Source: Octopus vulgaris (lineage: Eukaryota). From it: a DNA stretch of 64,000 nucleotides. The stretch is taken from positions 74,400,001 through 74,464,000 of the forward strand of contig OX597824.1 of the NCBI GenBank assembly GCA_951406725.2. The letters run 5' to 3'. Under the pieces are notes generated by a model. The model searched no databases. It was not told the DNA's origin and worked only from the letters and a program-made list of their open reading frames with translations. Positions 37,084 through 50,884 of this stretch are shown here, one piece after another (position 1 is the stretch's first letter; every line of letters starts with the position of its first letter). Made by a program: the position numbers and the translations under genes.

Positions 37084-38065
37084 CATACACACACACACAT
37101 ATATATATATATATATGCACATATATATGTATGTATATATTAGTATGAGTAATCTCTTTTAGTTGCCAACAGGAAATGGTTTTAAAGTGTCAGCTGGCAC
37201 TATGGTGGGAAAAGTGTCCTTCACAAAGTGGCACGCATTAAGTGTGCCTATGATAGTACTTGATTTGGGGCTGTATATATATATTCATGTAACATCATCC
37301 GTTTTTCCGTCCTTGTTTCTTATACATTCGATGCTTTTTTCCAAGGAATCTAAAGCTCTTAGCTTAGTTTTTCCTCGGGGCAGGCCAGATTGAAGCAATC
37401 TCAAGATTAATCAGCCGAAATTGCAAGGATGATCAGGTTCTTGACTGAAGATGAAAGGCTTCGAATGACCCGTCCTTGTTTTTTGTATCATCTATCTGGA
37501 TGTTTTGTTGTCCCTTTTTGTATCACCTAGTTGTCCAGATGTTTTGCATTCTTGTCACATTTTGTATTTTTTATATATATATATATATATATATAGCGGC
37601 GTACGTACACTTTGTTCTCTTATATATATACACAGGGTGATTCAAAAGTTTCCATATGTAGGAAAAATTAATATTTTTATAAGAAACCGTTTATAATGGA
37701 AATTATAGTTGTGATACCTGTGCCGGTGGCACGTAAAAAGCACCATCTGAACATGGCCGATGCCAGTGCCGCATTGACTGGCTTCCATGCCAGTGACACA
37801 TAAAATGCACCCACTACACTCTCGGAGTGGTTGGCGTTAGGAAGGGCATCCAGCTGTAGAAACACTGCCAGATCAAACTGGAGCCTGGTGCAGCCTCCTG
37901 GCTTCTCGGACTCCGGTCAACCGTCCAGCCCATGCTAGCATGGAAAACAGACATTATACATATATATATGCATATACATATATATACATATACTTATATA
38001 TACATATACATATATATATATATACATATACATATATATACATATACATATATATATACATATAC

Positions 38066-38097
<32 letters not shown>

Positions 38098-38376
38098 ATA
38101 CATATATATACATACACATATATACATCACATCCATCAACATTGCACAACTATGATCACCACCATATTTATACATCTCTGCACCTAGTCCATCCATACCA
38201 GTGGGCCTTTCCATTGTTCAATTTCCCGATTGCTGCTTTTATTTCAGCCAGGTTTGGCACTTCTGGTGTAAGATATTTTATTGGTCTCTCGGTTATATTG
38301 GTCTATCAAGAAAAGAGAGATGAACTTAATGGGTCTATTGAGCAACTCATCAAAATGTTCTTGCCATCTCCCAACA

Positions 38377-38411
<35 letters not shown>

Positions 38412-39478
38412 TGTATGTATGTATGTATGTATGTATGTGTATCTGTATACATGTGTATGTATGTCTATCTTCCCTCTTTTTAATATTTGTTCGCTGATAG
38501 TAAACAAAGTCACTATTCATACAAGCAATGCCATTTGTCTGACTATTGAGCTGTTTACTGTCTAAAGGAATACAGCAAATATTATATTATTTGGAAGAAG
38601 GTGAGGGTCGGTGACAGGAAGAGCTTCCGCCCATAAAATGCTTGCCTAAACAATTTTTATCTGTCCTTATGCGCCATTAGTCAGATGAAAAACTGAATGT
38701 TAAGATGATAAAAAATGATGAGGATAGATGGATGGACGAATATATGACTGTCTGTCTGTCTATATGTCTGTATGTATGTCTGTATGTATTGATGCAAGTA
38801 TGAATTTATGTATGTCCATGTGTCTGGTCGTTCTTAGTACTACTGGTAACCTGTAGCCCAATACCTATTTCTTTACTACCCACAAGGGGCTAAACACAGA
38901 GAGGACAAACAAGGACAGACAAATGGATTAAGTTGATTATATTGACCCCAGTGCGTAACTGGTACTTAATTTATCGACCCCGAAAGGATGAAAGGCAAAG
39001 TCGACCGTGGCGGAATTTGAACTCAGAACATAGCAGCAGACGAAATACCACCGCTAAGCATTTTGCCCGGTGTGCTAATGTTTCTGCCAGCTCGCCACCT
39101 ACCACCTGCTACATAGTCAGGTCATGAGCTACTAAACCAGCAGAGGGTAGTTTACATTGAATACTCTGCAAGACAAAATAAATAAATAAATAATAAACCC
39201 AATCAAAGAGTTGATGAACTCATGCTGGGAGTGAGAAATCCCTAAACTTTATTTAGTCATCTCTCTAGAAGGAAATACTGAAATAACACCTGCCTCTCCG
39301 CAAAACTGGAGGCCTTGTTTCTGGATTGTGGGCAAGAGTCTTATGCTTGTCACTATTAAAATATCAGCATGGGAATTGCTGATGGTCATTGTATTTAACC
39401 ACTTAAGAGAAAATAATTTACCAGTGTTGCTCAAACTCATATACCACTTGACAAGCATCATATATATATATAAATTAG

Positions 39479-39526
<48 letters not shown>

Positions 39527-39534
<8 letters not shown>

Positions 39535-39753
39535 AAAAAGGGACAGGCAAACAGGTTGCTTGACCGCATACCGAAAAAATAGAAATAGCAGTCAAGAATG
39601 CTTATTTCTATCAAAGTTGGACTCCGGGCATGACAAACCCTTGACTGCTATAGAAATAAGCATTCTTGATAGAAATAAGCATTCTTGACTGCTATTTCTA
39701 TTTTTTCGGTATGCGGTCAAGCAACCTGTTTGCCTGTCCCTTTTTCTTATATA
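39527..39753. repeat. Perfect inverted repeat of about 85 bp within (TA)n
   Basis: 39527-39614 is the reverse complement of 39666-39753. Confidence 0.9.
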
Positions 39754-39874
39754 CAATATATATACTGAACTTTACAGAAGTTCCTGCCGGTAATCGGCTA
39801 TATTTACATACCGAATTCTACCAGTAAATAATTGGGTTTTTTTAAAAACCTTTATAGAAATTATTTACTCTTAT

Positions 39875-39914
<40 letters not shown>

Positions 39915-40174
39915 ATACACACATATACATATATGTGGAGGCGCAATGGCCCAGTGGTTAGGGCAGCGGACTTGCGGTCGGAGGATCGCGGTTTTGATTC
40001 CCAGACCGGGCGTTGTGTGTGTTTATTGAGCGAAAACACCTAAAAGCTCCACGAGGCTCCGGCAGGGGATGGTGGTGATCCCTGCTGTACTCTTTCACCA
40101 CTCTAAAAGGCGGTGCTCCAGCATGGCCGCAGTCAAATGACTGAAACAAGTACAAAAAAAAAAAAAAAATACAA

Positions 40175-40205
<31 letters not shown>

Positions 40206-40222
40206 CATATAAACACACATAT

Positions 40223-40277
<55 letters not shown>

Positions 40278-40811
40278 TCATCATCATTATTTAACATCTG
40301 TTTTCTATGCTGACTGAGGTCTGGAGAGACATTGGCTGAACCAGGCTCCAATCTGATCTGGTAATGTTTCTACAGCTTGATACCCTTCCAAATGCCAACC
40401 ACTCTGAGTACAGTTGGTGCCTTTTGCATGACATCGGCATAGGAGCCATTTGGGCAAGCCTGGCATCACGTTCAGATAGTGCTTTTTACATGCCACCTGC
40501 ACAGGTGCCAGTCAGGGAGAAACGTTAGTGCACTGGTCTGTCGTTATGTTCTGAGTTCAAATTCCGCCGAGGTCGACTTTGCCTTTCATCCTTTCGGGGT
40601 TGATAAATTAAAGACCAGTTACGCACTGGGATTGATGTAATCGACTTAATACCTCTGCCTGTCCTTGTTTGTCCCCTCTATGTTTAGCCCCTTGTGGGTA
40701 ATAAAGAAATAGGTACTGTCATTGGCCATGTTCAGATGGTGCTTTTTATGAAGCCACCAGCACGGCAGCCATATATATATAGAGATATATATGCATATAC
40801 ATATCTATATA

Positions 40812-40846
<35 letters not shown>

Positions 40847-41297
40847 TCACTCACTTACACACAAAACAGCATTTTGTAATAGCATTCAGCATGCAAACTA
40901 CAGAAGATGGTGTGTTAGATTCCAGCTTCAATGGAAACCTGTAAATTGTGATTAAGAAAACTATGTGGCTTTGAACAGAACTGACAAAGACAACTCTACA
41001 CGACTTCAACAGTTCTCATATCTTGATAAACAAGTTAGTTTTAGGTCATGTTTTGTACTATATCAATGTGATATTATACTAAAGTATGATACTCATATGT
41101 GTGTGTGTGCGCGTGTGTATATATACATGCATACTCACATACGTACATATATATATGCATTGATGATGATGATGATGATGATATAAAGAGAATATATATA
41201 TATATATAAATAGACAGATACAGATAATCATACATATATATGATTTATATATACATGTATATATATATATATATATAAACGATGATGATGATGATGA

Positions 41298-41359
<62 letters not shown>

Positions 41360-41381
41360 GTTTTACATATGTATATATGTA

Positions 41382-41416
<35 letters not shown>

Positions 41417-42653
41417 GGATGTACTTTTATACAGATATGTTTAACTATATCTATCTATCTATCTGTACATGCATTCCTGCATGTATTCATACATACATAC
41501 ATACATACATACATAGATCATCACCTTCATCATCGTTTAACGTCTGCCTGTACATATGTATACATATACTGTACATATGTATATAAGTAGAAGTCACTCA
41601 TTTTGACTCCAAAATACAATGAATATGTGCATGTATATAATTATATATACATATATATATATTTATTTGTGTGTGTGTGTGTGTGTGTGTGTGTCACTTC
41701 ATGTATTTCTATATTTGAGGACAGGTTTTTTAAATGTACTAAATGACTAACACGTCTGTAGGTTTGTTTTATCATCTCTTTTTCATAAGGTTCCTTTTCC
41801 ATGTTTCCTATGAATTCCCTTTAGTTCATTTGGAGCAACAGCAATTCTGAACTCACCATCAACATCTCTAGACTTCCATCTACTAAATTCCCTTCACAAA
41901 GCATTGGTCAACCCAGGACTATAATAAAAGTGACATACCCAAGGTAGTGCTGCACGGTGGGACAGAACCCAAAACCTTGTGGTTGCAAAGCGGGCTTCTT
42001 GACCACATTCCAGCCTTGCCTTCATCAGAAATTCATTAATAAAAAGAATGGGTTCAGAGCTCCATCAAAGCTAGGTTTATCACCCTAGCCCCTTTCTATG
42101 TCGTATAAAATTGGATTTAAAACAAATACCATTTCACCACATAGTTTCATTTTACAGCTAGTAATTTACATCACGCCACCTTCATTTTTTTCATTTCCTT
42201 GAAACTTTATTGTTTGTTTTTTTCTAATTAATTGCCATAAACAGTCATGTAAATATGCAAGTATGAGTGTGTGTGTATGTATGTGTGTGTGTGTGTGTGT
42301 TTGTGTGTATGTGAGTGTGTGTTGGTGAATGTTTTGATAAGATTGTAATTTAGCTTGTATCAACGCATTTTCAAGGCCACATCCCTAATTCTACATAATT
42401 ACCAAGATGTACAAATAAATTGGTTTATATCCACTAATCCACTTCCGAGCAAGTTGACTTATGGATGTAGTGGTAGTGGCAGTGGTAGAGGTAGACACTG
42501 CAGTTGCTGTTGTTGTTGCTGGTGGTGGTGGTGGTGATGGTGGTGGTTGTGGTGATGATTGTGATGTGGTAACTTTAATTCAATTGCTGTTACAGATTTG
42601 AGTAAGAGTTTGAAACGATGCTATATCTATATATGTGAGTGCATGTACAGGCG

Positions 42654-42689
<36 letters not shown>

Positions 42690-42755
42690 TTCCACATATC
42701 TCAGTTAATTCATTTTCAGGAAGACAACACAGTCTTTCTTCTACCTCTCTCTCTT

Positions 42756-42825
<70 letters not shown>

Positions 42826-43470
42826 CATCTGAATCATCAGCTTTGATAAAATATCAATGCCTATGTCTGTCTGTCTGTCTACACACACACACAAACACAC
42901 ACACACACACACACACACACGTTATTTTATGTTGAGAATGTCAGTTTGTCAATAGAAACACATACTTTGCATTTTACAATTATTATCAGTTAAACTAGTT
43001 GACTAATTAACCAATTCAGTACTCACTTGATTAATACTTTGATCAATCAGTCCATCAGTTGATTTGGCCGTTCAAGAATTTGGACCTGGAGATTTCCATT
43101 TCCAGCGACTTCGAGGGCCACCTCCCAGTGGTGTCGGGCGTCAACGAAGAGCCCTCGACTACAACAAGACGACCAATGTTTTTTTTTTCCAAGGTCTGGG
43201 GTTTCCCGCCCCTAAGCCCTAGACCATCACCTAATCACCCTTACCTGTCTTGTTGCTTAACAACAACAACAACAACAACAACAAAAACCAGTTGATTTGT
43301 CAGTGTCCTTTCTTAACCATTTCAGACCTCATCAGTGATTTGTCCTTAATGTTTCTGGTTTGTCGTGATGTGCATGTTTGCATGTCTACATATACATAGA
43401 TATAAGTGCATGCATGTAAGTGTGTCTGTGTGTGTATATGTCAGTATGTGTATGTGCATCATCATCATCA

Positions 43471-43880
43471 GGCACAGGAGTGGCTGTGTGGTAAGTAGCT
43501 TGTTTACCAACCACATGGTTCCGGGTTCAGTCCCACTGCGTGGCACCTTAGGCAAGTGTCTTCTACTATAGCCTCGGGCCAACCAAAGCTTTGTGAGTGC
43601 ATTTGGTAGACGGAAACTCAAAGAAGCCTGTCGTATATATGTATATATATATGTATGTGCGTGTATTGTTGTGTGTCTGTGTTTGTCCCCCTAGCATTGC
43701 TTGACAACCGATGCTGGTGTGTTTATGTCCCCGTCACTTAGCGGTTCGGCAAAAGAGACCGATACAATAAGTACTGGGCTTACAAAAGAATAAGTCCCGG
43801 GGTCGAGTTGCTCGATTAAAGGCGATGCTCCAGCATGGCCGCAATCAAATGACTGAAACAAGTAAAAGCGTAAAGAGTAA
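43471..43880 (+). mobile_element. SINE family A flanked by a 74-bp direct repeat
   Basis: 43397-43470 is repeated at about 43881-43955. Confidence 0.85.
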
Positions 43881-44164
43881 TAGATATAAGAGCATGCATG
43901 TAAGTGTGTGTGTGTGTATGTGTCAGTATGTGTATGTGCATCATCATCATCATCATTTAAACTCCATCTTCCTTGCTGGCATGGGTTGGACGGTTTGACA
44001 GGGACTGTCAAGGCTGAAGGCTGCACCAGGCTTCATTGTGTTTTGGAAGGGTTTTTAATGGCTGGATGCCCTCCCTAAGAACCACCACCTTACAGAGTGT
44101 GAAGGTGCATGGCTTAGTGGTTAGGATGTTGTTATTATTATTATTATCATCATTATTACTATTA

Positions 44165-44415
44165 TTATTCTATGTTTGACTTTTGCTTTATATTTGTACA
44201 AGTTGGCTCCAAGTCTCACCCAGAGACCTCAAGAGACAACAGGTTGGAAGTTCATGTTGTTGTTATACCTAGTGTGCCATATATTTGGGGTTTTTTTTTT
44301 AGTGTTGTACAAGTGAATGTCTAAACAAAAAAAAATACGAAAATTATGTTTGTTTTAAAAATTGAGATTACATAGAAAGTATTTTGTGTAGGATATGAGC
44401 AGTTCCCATGAACAC

Positions 44416-44420
<5 letters not shown>
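44165..44420 (-). mobile_element. R4/Dong-like RLE LINE 3' end within (TAA)n
   Basis: Minus strand encodes IVFMGTAHILHKILSM*, followed by a 3' UTR; (ATT)n on both flanks. Confidence 0.7.
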
Positions 44421-44469
<49 letters not shown>

Positions 44470-45687
44470 CAGTGGGTAACAAATTCATTAAGAAACTATG
44501 TCTAGACACTTAGAATAAAGTATTCAAAGATAAGTCTGAGAGTGGGGAAATATTTGATTCGTAATCATTAATCAAACAAAATATATTTTGTTAGACTAAT
44601 GATCATGGATTAAACATATCTACATATATATATACACACACACACACATATACATACATAAATACACAAACATATATATACATACATAAATGCACACACA
44701 CACATGCGCATACAGACATGCGCATATACACGCACATATATATGTATATATGTATGTGTTTGTGCATGTATAAACGTATGGGTGAATGTATTTAATACAA
44801 GTTATTAACAATAGATTAATTGGTTCAAAGTATAATAATAGAACTCAATTACTCATTCACTCACACACACACACACATGCATGCATATGCACACAATAAC
44901 ATGATTTTGATAAGTCGTTATTTACAGTGAATTTCATTTAATAGTGAATTTCTGTTTATTTTATATCGACTACTGATAAGCTTTATTGATCAATGTTTAC
45001 CAAAATATCTGGAATTATGCTGAGTGTGCACACATGCACCCATGTGTGTGATTGTGTGTGTGTGTGAGTGTGTGAGAGAGAAAACGAATCCTACTAAATA
45101 TACACTGAATCAAGTAATCCTCTTCTAAGCACACACACACACACACACACACATGCATGCACACAGACGTAGGACCAATTCTCAGACAGACTCGGAACAG
45201 ACCTCGGAGCGAGAGGACAAGTCACTGAGTCACCGAAAAGGTCGCAAGCAATGACAAAAGAACTCTGACTAACAAACAATCACTCGATTGTTTAACCGGT
45301 TCATTAAACAAACAATCGATCGGTTAAATAGCTGGTTAGATATTTAACCAATTCACTAACAATAAAGAAGTGGAAGTGAACCTGCATGTGTGTGTTGTTG
45401 TTACTGGTATAATAATAAGTTCAGCTTTGCCTTTCAGCTTCCTTGGGGGTCAATAAAATAAATACCAGCTGAGCAAAGGATTTGATGTAATTAATTTTCC
45501 CCCTCCCTAAATTTCAGGTCTCGTGTCTACAGCAGAAAGGATTATTAGCCTAATGACTTTCCCAGGATATAACAAAATATTCTAATTAACTTCTGTTCAT
45601 AAAAAATCAGTGTAATTCGATAATTAAAATAAAATTATCCATTTATTAGGTGTAATTTTTCTTTGCCTTTGATAATTTGTTAAGAAT

Positions 45688-46045
45688 CTTATTTCTTTAC
45701 TGCCCACAAGGGGCTACACACAGAGGGGACAAACAAGGACAGACAAACGGATTAAGTCGATTATATTGACCCCAGTGAGTAACTGGTACTTATTTAATTG
45801 ACCCCGAAAGGATGAAAGGCAAAGTCGACCTCGGCGGAATTTGAACTCGGAACGTAAAGACAGACAAAATACCTATTTCTTTACTACCCACAAGGGGCTA
45901 AACACAGAGGGGACAAATAAGGACAGACAAATGGATTAAATCGATTATATTGACCCCAGTGAGTAACTGGTACTTATTTAATTGACCCCGAAAGGATGAA
46001 AGGCAAAGTCGACCTAGGCAGAATTTGAACTTGGAACATAAAGGC
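45688..46045 (-). repeat. SINE B tandem dimer
   Basis: Same unit junction as the 23 kb array. Confidence 0.85.
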
Positions 46046-46124
46046 AATCTTCAAAGCTTCCCTTGGAATACAAATTATTCTACATTTTATAGAAAACGAC
46101 TTTAAATACCTTCTATATTATATC

Positions 46125-46619
46125 CAAAGCTGTGGAGTCGGAGTTGGAGTTGGAGAGTCAGAATTGGAGTCGTGGAGTCAGAGTCGGAAACAATTAAGTG
46201 GGAGCTGGAGTTGGTAAAACTATACTGACTCCAAAACACAATATCTTTATACTTTAACCCTTTTGATACTAGCCCGGCTGAAACCGCCGCTGGCTCTTTA
46301 GTACAAATGTCTTGCTTTCATAAGTTTCGAATTAAAATCTTCCACCAAACCTTAGTCACAATTTATGTTCTTAACACTAGCTTAATGACAACTAAGTTAT
46401 TTTACTAAATTCTTTGTTATATTTTAAATTAATTGAAAGAAACACAGAGCATCCCAAAATAAATATGGTAATGAAAGGGTTAATATAAACCAGTTATAAC
46501 ATATAGGCCAACTCAAAGTACAAGTGTGCATATGCTTTATGAGATATACAGACCACAATCTCTAAATTACATAAAGAGGAGTTGGAGTCGAAATTTTTTG
46601 TTTCGACTCCAAAGCCCTG
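46125..46619. mobile_element. hAT-type MITE with GGAGTC subterminal repeats and a nested piggyBac MITE at 46258-46479
   Basis: CAAAGCTGTGGAGTCG ... CGACTCCAAAGCCCTG; nested ttaa|CCC...GGG|ttaa. Confidence 0.75.
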
Positions 46620-47009
46620 ATTATATCAGCAAGTAGAAATATATGCAACCAACTTATTATTTACATCAGCACTTGAAGTAAAACAGATTTTCTGTTCGGC
46701 CTATAACCAACCTTAAATTAATCACCCAAAATCAAGTACATTAAAACAACATAGGCCTAGGCATGGCTGTGTGGTGTTAAGAACTTTGTTTCCCAACCAC
46801 ATGGTTTCAGGTTCACCCCCCATGATGTACCTTAACCAAGTGTCTTCTTCTGAGTGGATTGGATTTGGTAGGTGGAAACGGAAAAAAAAAACAAACCCTG
46901 TCTTTATATGTGTATATGTTTATGTATGAGTGTTATTGTCTCTTCACACCATGTGATAACTGTAAACGAGCATCACTGTCATGCTAGCAGTGTCCTTTGT
47001 TTCCAATCT

Positions 47010-47395
47010 GGACGTTATCAAAGAAACTTGAGAGGCGGTTGGATGGAACTTACACTCGCCTCCTTATGAGAGCTCAAAATTTCTCATGGAAGCGTCATCC
47101 AACCAAAGTACAAATATATGGGAAACTACCACCTGTATCATCTCTTGTGAAAGGTAGAAGAGTCCAGTTTGCTGGACATTGTTGTAGAGCTAAAAACAAG
47201 GTAATTTCTACCCTTCTCCTCTGGAAGCCATCTGCTTGAGATACTAGAGGGCGCACACTTTCCTACCCTGATGTAATCTCCAGGGATACAGGCATCCAGC
47301 AACAGGACCTCCGTAATGCTATGATGGACCGTGAAGTCTGGTGTAGCATAGTAAATTCCGTTGTCTCGACCACGGTCGAACAATGATGATGATGA
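47010..47395 (+). mobile_element. 5'-truncated RTE-type LINE with 12-bp TSD, inserted in an old SINE
   Basis: WTLSKKLERRLDGTYTRLLMRA..RRVQFAGHCCR..AMMDREVW; (GAT)n tail; TGTTTCCAATCT at 46998-47009 and 47396-47407. Confidence 0.9.
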
Positions 47396-48934
47396 TGTTT
47401 CCAATCTTCCATGAAAACATGTCTGGGCATGGAAAAATATTACCTTACTTGGAAGCAGGCTGGAGTTGGAAATAGGAAAATATTCCAAGCTGTAGAAATT
47501 CCATCTCATACAGGCATTAAAAGTGGACATCAAAAGAATAATGATGATGATAAATAGCCTTGACATAAAGAACCCCTTCAGTCATGAATGACTATGGGAT
47601 TGCACCTAGAAAGAACCCCCTCTGAGGCACAAATCTGGACAAGGTTGTTTATGGAAGACCAGCAGTCACCCATGCATATCAACCTCACCTTTCCATGCCA
47701 TCGATGTTATCCAAGGGAAACTCAAAGGCTGATACAGCTTAGCACCAGTGATGTTGCAACTCATTTCTACAGCTGAGTGAACTGGAGCAACATGAAATAA
47801 AGTGTCTTGCTCAAGAACACAACACAACTCGGTCCAGGAATTGAACTCATTACCTCATGATTGCGAGCCCGATGCTCTAACCACTGAGCCAAATGGATGT
47901 AAAAATTTATTTTTTAAGTTTTTTTTTTTACAAGAAAGGCATATATAATATGCAAATAAATACATTAGATAATGTGTCATGTCAGGCACACTTAGATTTT
48001 ATGTGTGTATGTGTATATGTATATGTTTGTGTGTCTGTGTTTGTCCCCCCAACATCGCTTGACAACCGATGCTGGTGTGTTTACGTTCCCGTAACTTAGG
48101 GGTTCGACAAAAGACACCAATAGAATAAGTACTAAGCTTACAAAGAATAAGACCCAGGATCAATTTGCTTGTCTAAAGGCGGTGCTCCAGCATGGCCACA
48201 GTCAAATGACTGAAACAAGTAAAAGAGAAAAGAGGGTATGTGTAAAATTGAATATATAAAACGTCGACAATTTACCCATTGCACCCTGTATATATACAAG
48301 CAACAAACTGCATGTACATGCACACAAGTGCATCTGCAAATACACTGGAAGGGATGGAAATGTTGTTGCCATGTTTTTCCATCACTTTCTATGCTTCAGA
48401 AAATATCCCCCGACACGACACGTACTCGGGAGATTTGCAGATAATCTAGGGTTAGGGTGTGGGGGGTTTGAGGGATGGGCGACTCAGTCAACGGAACAGT
48501 AGGGGGGAAGGGTATAAATAGAGGCTGGGTGCAGTCGGTCACCACTTCACAACCCAATGGCCACATGTGGAGAGATGGAGAGAGAGAGAGAGGGAGAGTG
48601 AAAGCAGCAAGGGCAACATGGATAGAAAGGAAGTACAGTCTCCAACATGCTTCTTAGATTAGGAGCCGAGACATGTAATTAATAATGTTGCATGCGTGTG
48701 TGACTCTGTATGTGTGTGTGTGTGTGTGTGTGTATATGCACGTGTGTGTGCGGGGTGGGTGCACATGCATGTGCATGAAGATTAATGCATATATATGTGA
48801 CTTTGAATGTGTGTACTTATATGTCACTCTGTAGCTGTGTGTGCTAATATATGTATATCTGTGAATGTGTGTATGTAATTTGTATCAGCGTGAATGTGTG
48901 TGCGTGTATGTATGTATGTATATATGTATGTGTG

Positions 48935-48965
<31 letters not shown>

Positions 48966-49215
48966 AATCATACATACATATATATATATAAATATATACA
49001 TACAATCATACATACACACACATATATATATATATACATCTATATATAAACTTATATATATATATAAACATATATATATACATCTATATATAAACATATA
49101 TATATACACACACACACACATATACATATGTTAGTGTCAGTGTATGTTACACGAGCTAACAATGAACTCACTGTATGTTGTTGTTTCAGAGGGGTACAAA
49201 AACATTGAATGCACA

Positions 49216-49256
<41 letters not shown>

Positions 49257-49950
49257 ATTTAGTATTAAAGCATTATTCATGGCTGAATTTTGCCTAAATA
49301 CAGCGTCTGACATGTCCCATTTCTCTTCCTCCTCTCCTCCTCCTCCCCCCTCCTCCTCCTTCTCCTCCTCACCACCACCACCAACGCTATCACCACAACT
49401 ACCACTACCCTCATTATCAGCATCATCATAATCATCGCTTTAACACACGCTTTTCCCTGATTGCAAGATCCAAACTGAATATGTTTGAGAGAGATTTTTT
49501 TTTCTTAACATCCAGATAGATGCTCTACCTAACATCATGGGTGTCACCTGTTTCAAGCAAAGCAATATACTTTCCCTGCAGCCACACATCTTTTCAAAGA
49601 TGATGACCGCCATTTACAACTCCTGTGCAATACCATAGCAAGGACACTGCAGCCAACAAAGACACACATATCTATCTATCTATCTATCTGTCTATCTATC
49701 TATCTATCTATCTATCTAATTTATATATATACATATATATATATATATGTATATCTATATATCTTTATATAAATACATACATACATATATATATATCTTT
49801 ATATAAATACATACATACATACATATATATATATATACTTTATTTAAAAGCAGCAGAAATTCAACAAAACCTGTAACTCTGAGTTTCACTCTACCCCTGG
49901 TATTTGAGTACTCTTTTTTCCACCTTGTTTCACATTTATGTGTTTACTCC

Positions 49951-49999
<49 letters not shown>

Positions 50000-50001
<2 letters not shown>

Positions 50002-50364
50002 CTCTCTTTTACTTGTTTCAGTCATTTGACTGTGGCCATGCTGGAGCACCACCTTTAGTCGAGCAAATTGACCCCAGGACTTACTCTTTGCAAGCCTACT
50101 ACTTATTCTATTCAGTGTCTTTTGCCGAACTGCTAAGTTACAGGGACGTAAACACACCACCATCGGTTGTCAAGCGATGTTGGGGGGACAAACACAAACA
50201 CACACACATATACATATATACAACAGGCTTCTTTCAGTTTCTGTCTACCAAATCCACTCACAAGGCTATAGTAGAAGACACTTGCCCAAGGTGCCACGCA
50301 GTGGGACCGAACCCAGAACCGTGAGGTTGGTAAGCAAGCTGCTTACCACACAGCCACTTCTGCG

Positions 50365-50367
<3 letters not shown>
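50000..50367 (-). mobile_element. SINE family A (other minus copies at 35855-36315, 52095-52497, 58410-58755)
   Basis: Reverse complement of the family A structure. Confidence 0.85.
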
Positions 50368-50402
<35 letters not shown>

Positions 50403-50602
50403 GTATATCTTTATTTAAATATGTATATGCAAATAGCAATGAAAGACCTTCGACAAACAAAGGCAAATCAAATTAATTGGATATTTAACCAGTTGGCTAA
50501 TAATAAAGAAAGGGAGTGGAAATGAACCAGTGTGTGTGTTAATTATATTGGTATAGTGACTCTCCCTAGATACAGAACAAAAAAATATACATGTATACAT
50601 AC

Positions 50603-50652
<50 letters not shown>

Positions 50653-50884
50653 ATATATGTGTGTATGTAAGCATATATGTATGTATGTGCATAAATGCAT
50701 AGGCTAAACAGGCTTGCACATAAATATACAAATACATGTTCTACATTCTCCGACATGTTTAATATTTACATATGTACGAATTTGACTCTGAGTCATCATT
50801 TGTCTAATGTAGTCCTATTGTGTATGACATAAATGGTACTCTCTCTCTCTCCCTCTTTTTTATTTGGGTGATAAAAATAGATAT

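Noticed and set aside
36776-38483. Numerous YI/HT/CV-repeat ORFs here and throughout the window
   Set aside because: Translations of (AT)n, (CA)n and (TATG)n microsatellites.
43060-43180. Plus-frame RQRR-ALD resembling a TGF-beta furin cleavage site
   Set aside because: No cystine-knot domain follows, and the splice signals favour the minus strand.
43310-43345. CTGATGAGGTCTGAAA as a hammerhead (minus strand)
   Set aside because: No room for stem II and no stem I complement.
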